Assembly (NCBI GenBank): GCA_027006055.1 | Contig: JALTKX010000085.1 | Location: 668 to 64,667, forward strand | Origin: Calditrichia bacterium | GTDB lineage: Bacteria > Calditrichota > Calditrichia > Calditrichales > J004 | DNA: 64,000 nucleotides | Direction: 5' to 3' | Shown here: in pieces, positions 62,743-64,000 of the stretch | How positions within the stretch are numbered: position 1 is the stretch's first letter | Layout of the letters: every line of letters starts with the position of its first letter | The notes under the pieces: generated by a model | What the model was told of the DNA's origin: nothing | Databases searched by the model: none | Seen by the model: only the letters and a program-made list of their open reading frames with translations | Translations under genes and position numbers: made by a program

Positions 62743-64000
62743 TTACTCTTCTATAAATTGAACATCCAACATATGCACGGAACAGGAGATACAGGGATCA
62801 TAAGACCTCACCAGCATTTCCAGCTTATGGGTAATCTCCTCCTTGCTTTCGTCAATAACCTCCGGCACCAGTTTTTTCATATCGTCATCAATATTTTCAA
62901 GATTCTGTCCCGTGGGAATAATACAGTTTGCCTTAACAATATTACCCTGACGGTTGTAGGTATAATCATGGAATAAAATGCCGCGCGGCACCTCGGTTGC
63001 GGCTATTCCCCGGCCATATTGCGCGGGCGTCTGATTGGGTTTTTCAAAGCGAATACCATCGCTCAACAGCCTGTCCATCAGCATAATGCTGTTTTCAATG
63101 CAATGGGCCACTTCCACCAACTGCGCCACCGTATTCATATAGGGATTAAAACAAGGAGCCGAGAGCCCCAGCTTTTTCGCCACTTCTCCGGCAAAGGGGT
63201 GCAATTGTTTATGGTTGTTGTTAAAACGGGCAAGAGCGCCCACCATATACGAGCTGCGGTTAAAACGGGCATGCTTGCTGGAAGAATGCGCCACAACAAA
63301 CTCGTTGGTTATGTCCAGATAGTTTTCCACGGGGTAGGTCCCCGTGTCCGAGGAGCATATCACACCGTCATAAAAAGCGTATTCCTCTTCGGAAGTCAGG
63401 CTTATGTATTCCGTCTCCCGGTTAAAGGCGGGAATCTTATCGGCCAGGGAAGCGATAACATCAACGATAAAACGGATATCGGTCATGCCCTCCGTTTTCA
63501 GCCTTTCCTGCAAAGCTTTCAATTCCTTTTCCCGGGGCAACATGGTAAAGCCGCCCGGCACGCAACGAATGGGGTGTATGGCCCGGCCGCTGATCACATC
63601 CCCGATATCATTGGCCAGCCTTTTCAGCCGCAGGGCGGCCAGAACAACATCCTTATGGGTATTCACCAGCGGGAAGACCGACCCGACCTCTAAAAAGTCC
63701 GGCGCGGCCAAAAACAAGGCATGCAGGGTATTGCTTTGAAAAGTGGCGCCGTCGGTAAGGATGCGCCGCAGAATTTTTGTTTGTCCGGAAACTTCCAGAC
63801 CCAGTGCCTTTTCCGTGGCCTTTAGCGAGGCAATTTGATGCCCCAGTGAGCATATTCCGCATATACGGGAGGTAATTATGGCCACTTCCATAAAGTTACG
63901 CCCCTTCAACATCGCTTCAAAAAAACGCGGCGCTTCCACAATATCCAACTCGGCCTTTTGCAATACGCCGTTTTTCATATTGACAACGATGTTGCCATGC
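62743..64000 (-). CDS. [NiFe]-hydrogenase large subunit, 5'-partial (N-terminus beyond right window edge)
   Basis: L1 motif RICGICSLGH and C-terminal L2 motif DPCISCSVH, followed by a 9-aa cleavable tail. The frame stays open upstream of the tracked Met (…HGNIVVNMKNG), consistent with the (R)IEGHG start lying off-window. The short length suggests a group 3-like enzyme (inference). Confidence 0.88.
   Translation of the reverse strand, partial: HGNIVVNMKNGVLQKAELDIVEAPRFFEAMLKGRNFMEVAIITSRICGICSLGHQIASLKATEKALGLEVSGQTKILRRILTDGATFQSNTLHALFLAAPDFLEVGSVFPLVNTHKDVVLAALRLKRLANDIGDVISGRAIHPIRCVPGGFTMLPREKELKALQERLKTEGMTDIRFIVDVIASLADKIPAFNRETEYISLTSEEEYAFYDGVICSSDTGTYPVENYLDITNEFVVAHSSSKHARFNRSSYMVGALARFNNNHKQLHPFAGEVAKKLGLSAPCFNPYMNTVAQLVEVAHCIENSIMLMDRLLSDGIRFEKPNQTPAQYGRGIAATEVPRGILFHDYTYNRQGNIVKANCIIPTGQNLENIDDDMKKLVPEVIDESKEEITHKLEMLVRSYDPCISCSVHMLDVQFIEE

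Overview
This is a 64-kb stretch of bacterial chromosome with dense, largely operonic coding: about 50 genes. I saw no rRNA, tRNA, CRISPR array, transposase or integrase.

**nt 2-18499 (+ strand): 3' end of a non-ribosomal peptide cluster.**
- The NRPS is truncated by the left window edge. Its visible part reads (C)-A-T-C-A-T-C-A-T-C-A-T-TE.
- A by-eye Stachelhaus extraction gives Orn-Asn-Tyr-Tyr.
- It is followed by an MFS exporter, an MbtH-like protein, a DUF2238-like membrane protein, a type II thioesterase, an Sfp-type PPTase and two tandem paralogous PAPS-type sulfotransferases.

**nt 18539-25649 (+ strand): a regulatory and surface-protein block joined almost without gaps.**
- It encodes a lipoprotein, a GAF-type sigma54 activator, a Hanks Ser/Thr kinase with PEGA-like ectodomains and a secreted TPR-like protein.
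- Next comes a consensus sigma54 promoter (TGGCAC-N5-TTGCA) with an upstream 16-nt direct repeat.
- This promoter sits in front of a large gene encoding a protein with a T9SS-type C-terminal sorting domain.

**Rest of the window.**
- A small AT-rich acyl-metabolism islet (GNAT, hotdog thioesterase, nucleosidase-like protein, membrane hexapeptide acyltransferase).
- purL.
- An HDOD / hybrid-kinase phosphorelay.
- An S1 protease with a stand-alone copy of its own N-terminal domain.
- Two HU-like genes, one fused to a TM helix and a LysM domain.
- A catalytically degenerate flavoprotein-disulfide-reductase homologue.
- A YitT protein and a cNMP-gated K+ channel.
- feoAB plus a previously untracked 56-codon FeoB-associated Cys-rich ORF.
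- DPP-IV, a 2-hydroxyacid dehydrogenase, methylmalonyl-CoA epimerase, guaB, an atypical RpiB-like protein and hutH.
- A beta-propeller/Y_Y_Y sensor fused to a CheA-type Hpt-kinase core, followed by CheY- and CheX-like genes.
- An SDR.
- A [NiFe]-hydrogenase operon tail (large subunit running off the right edge, maturation protease, response regulator, histidine kinase, ACT protein).

**Taxonomy (inference only).** The T9SS sorting domain, the Reg_prop/Y_Y_Y sensor and sigma54 use point to an FCB-superphylum-like organism.

**Best novelty candidates.**
1. The Tyr-Tyr NRPS with two sulfotransferases.
2. The MCP/CheW-independent CheA-like sensor module.
3. The activator/kinase/sigma54-promoter/T9SS-cargo circuit.
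4. The protease plus free prodomain pair.

All functional calls rest on motifs read by eye from the translations. No database search was run.
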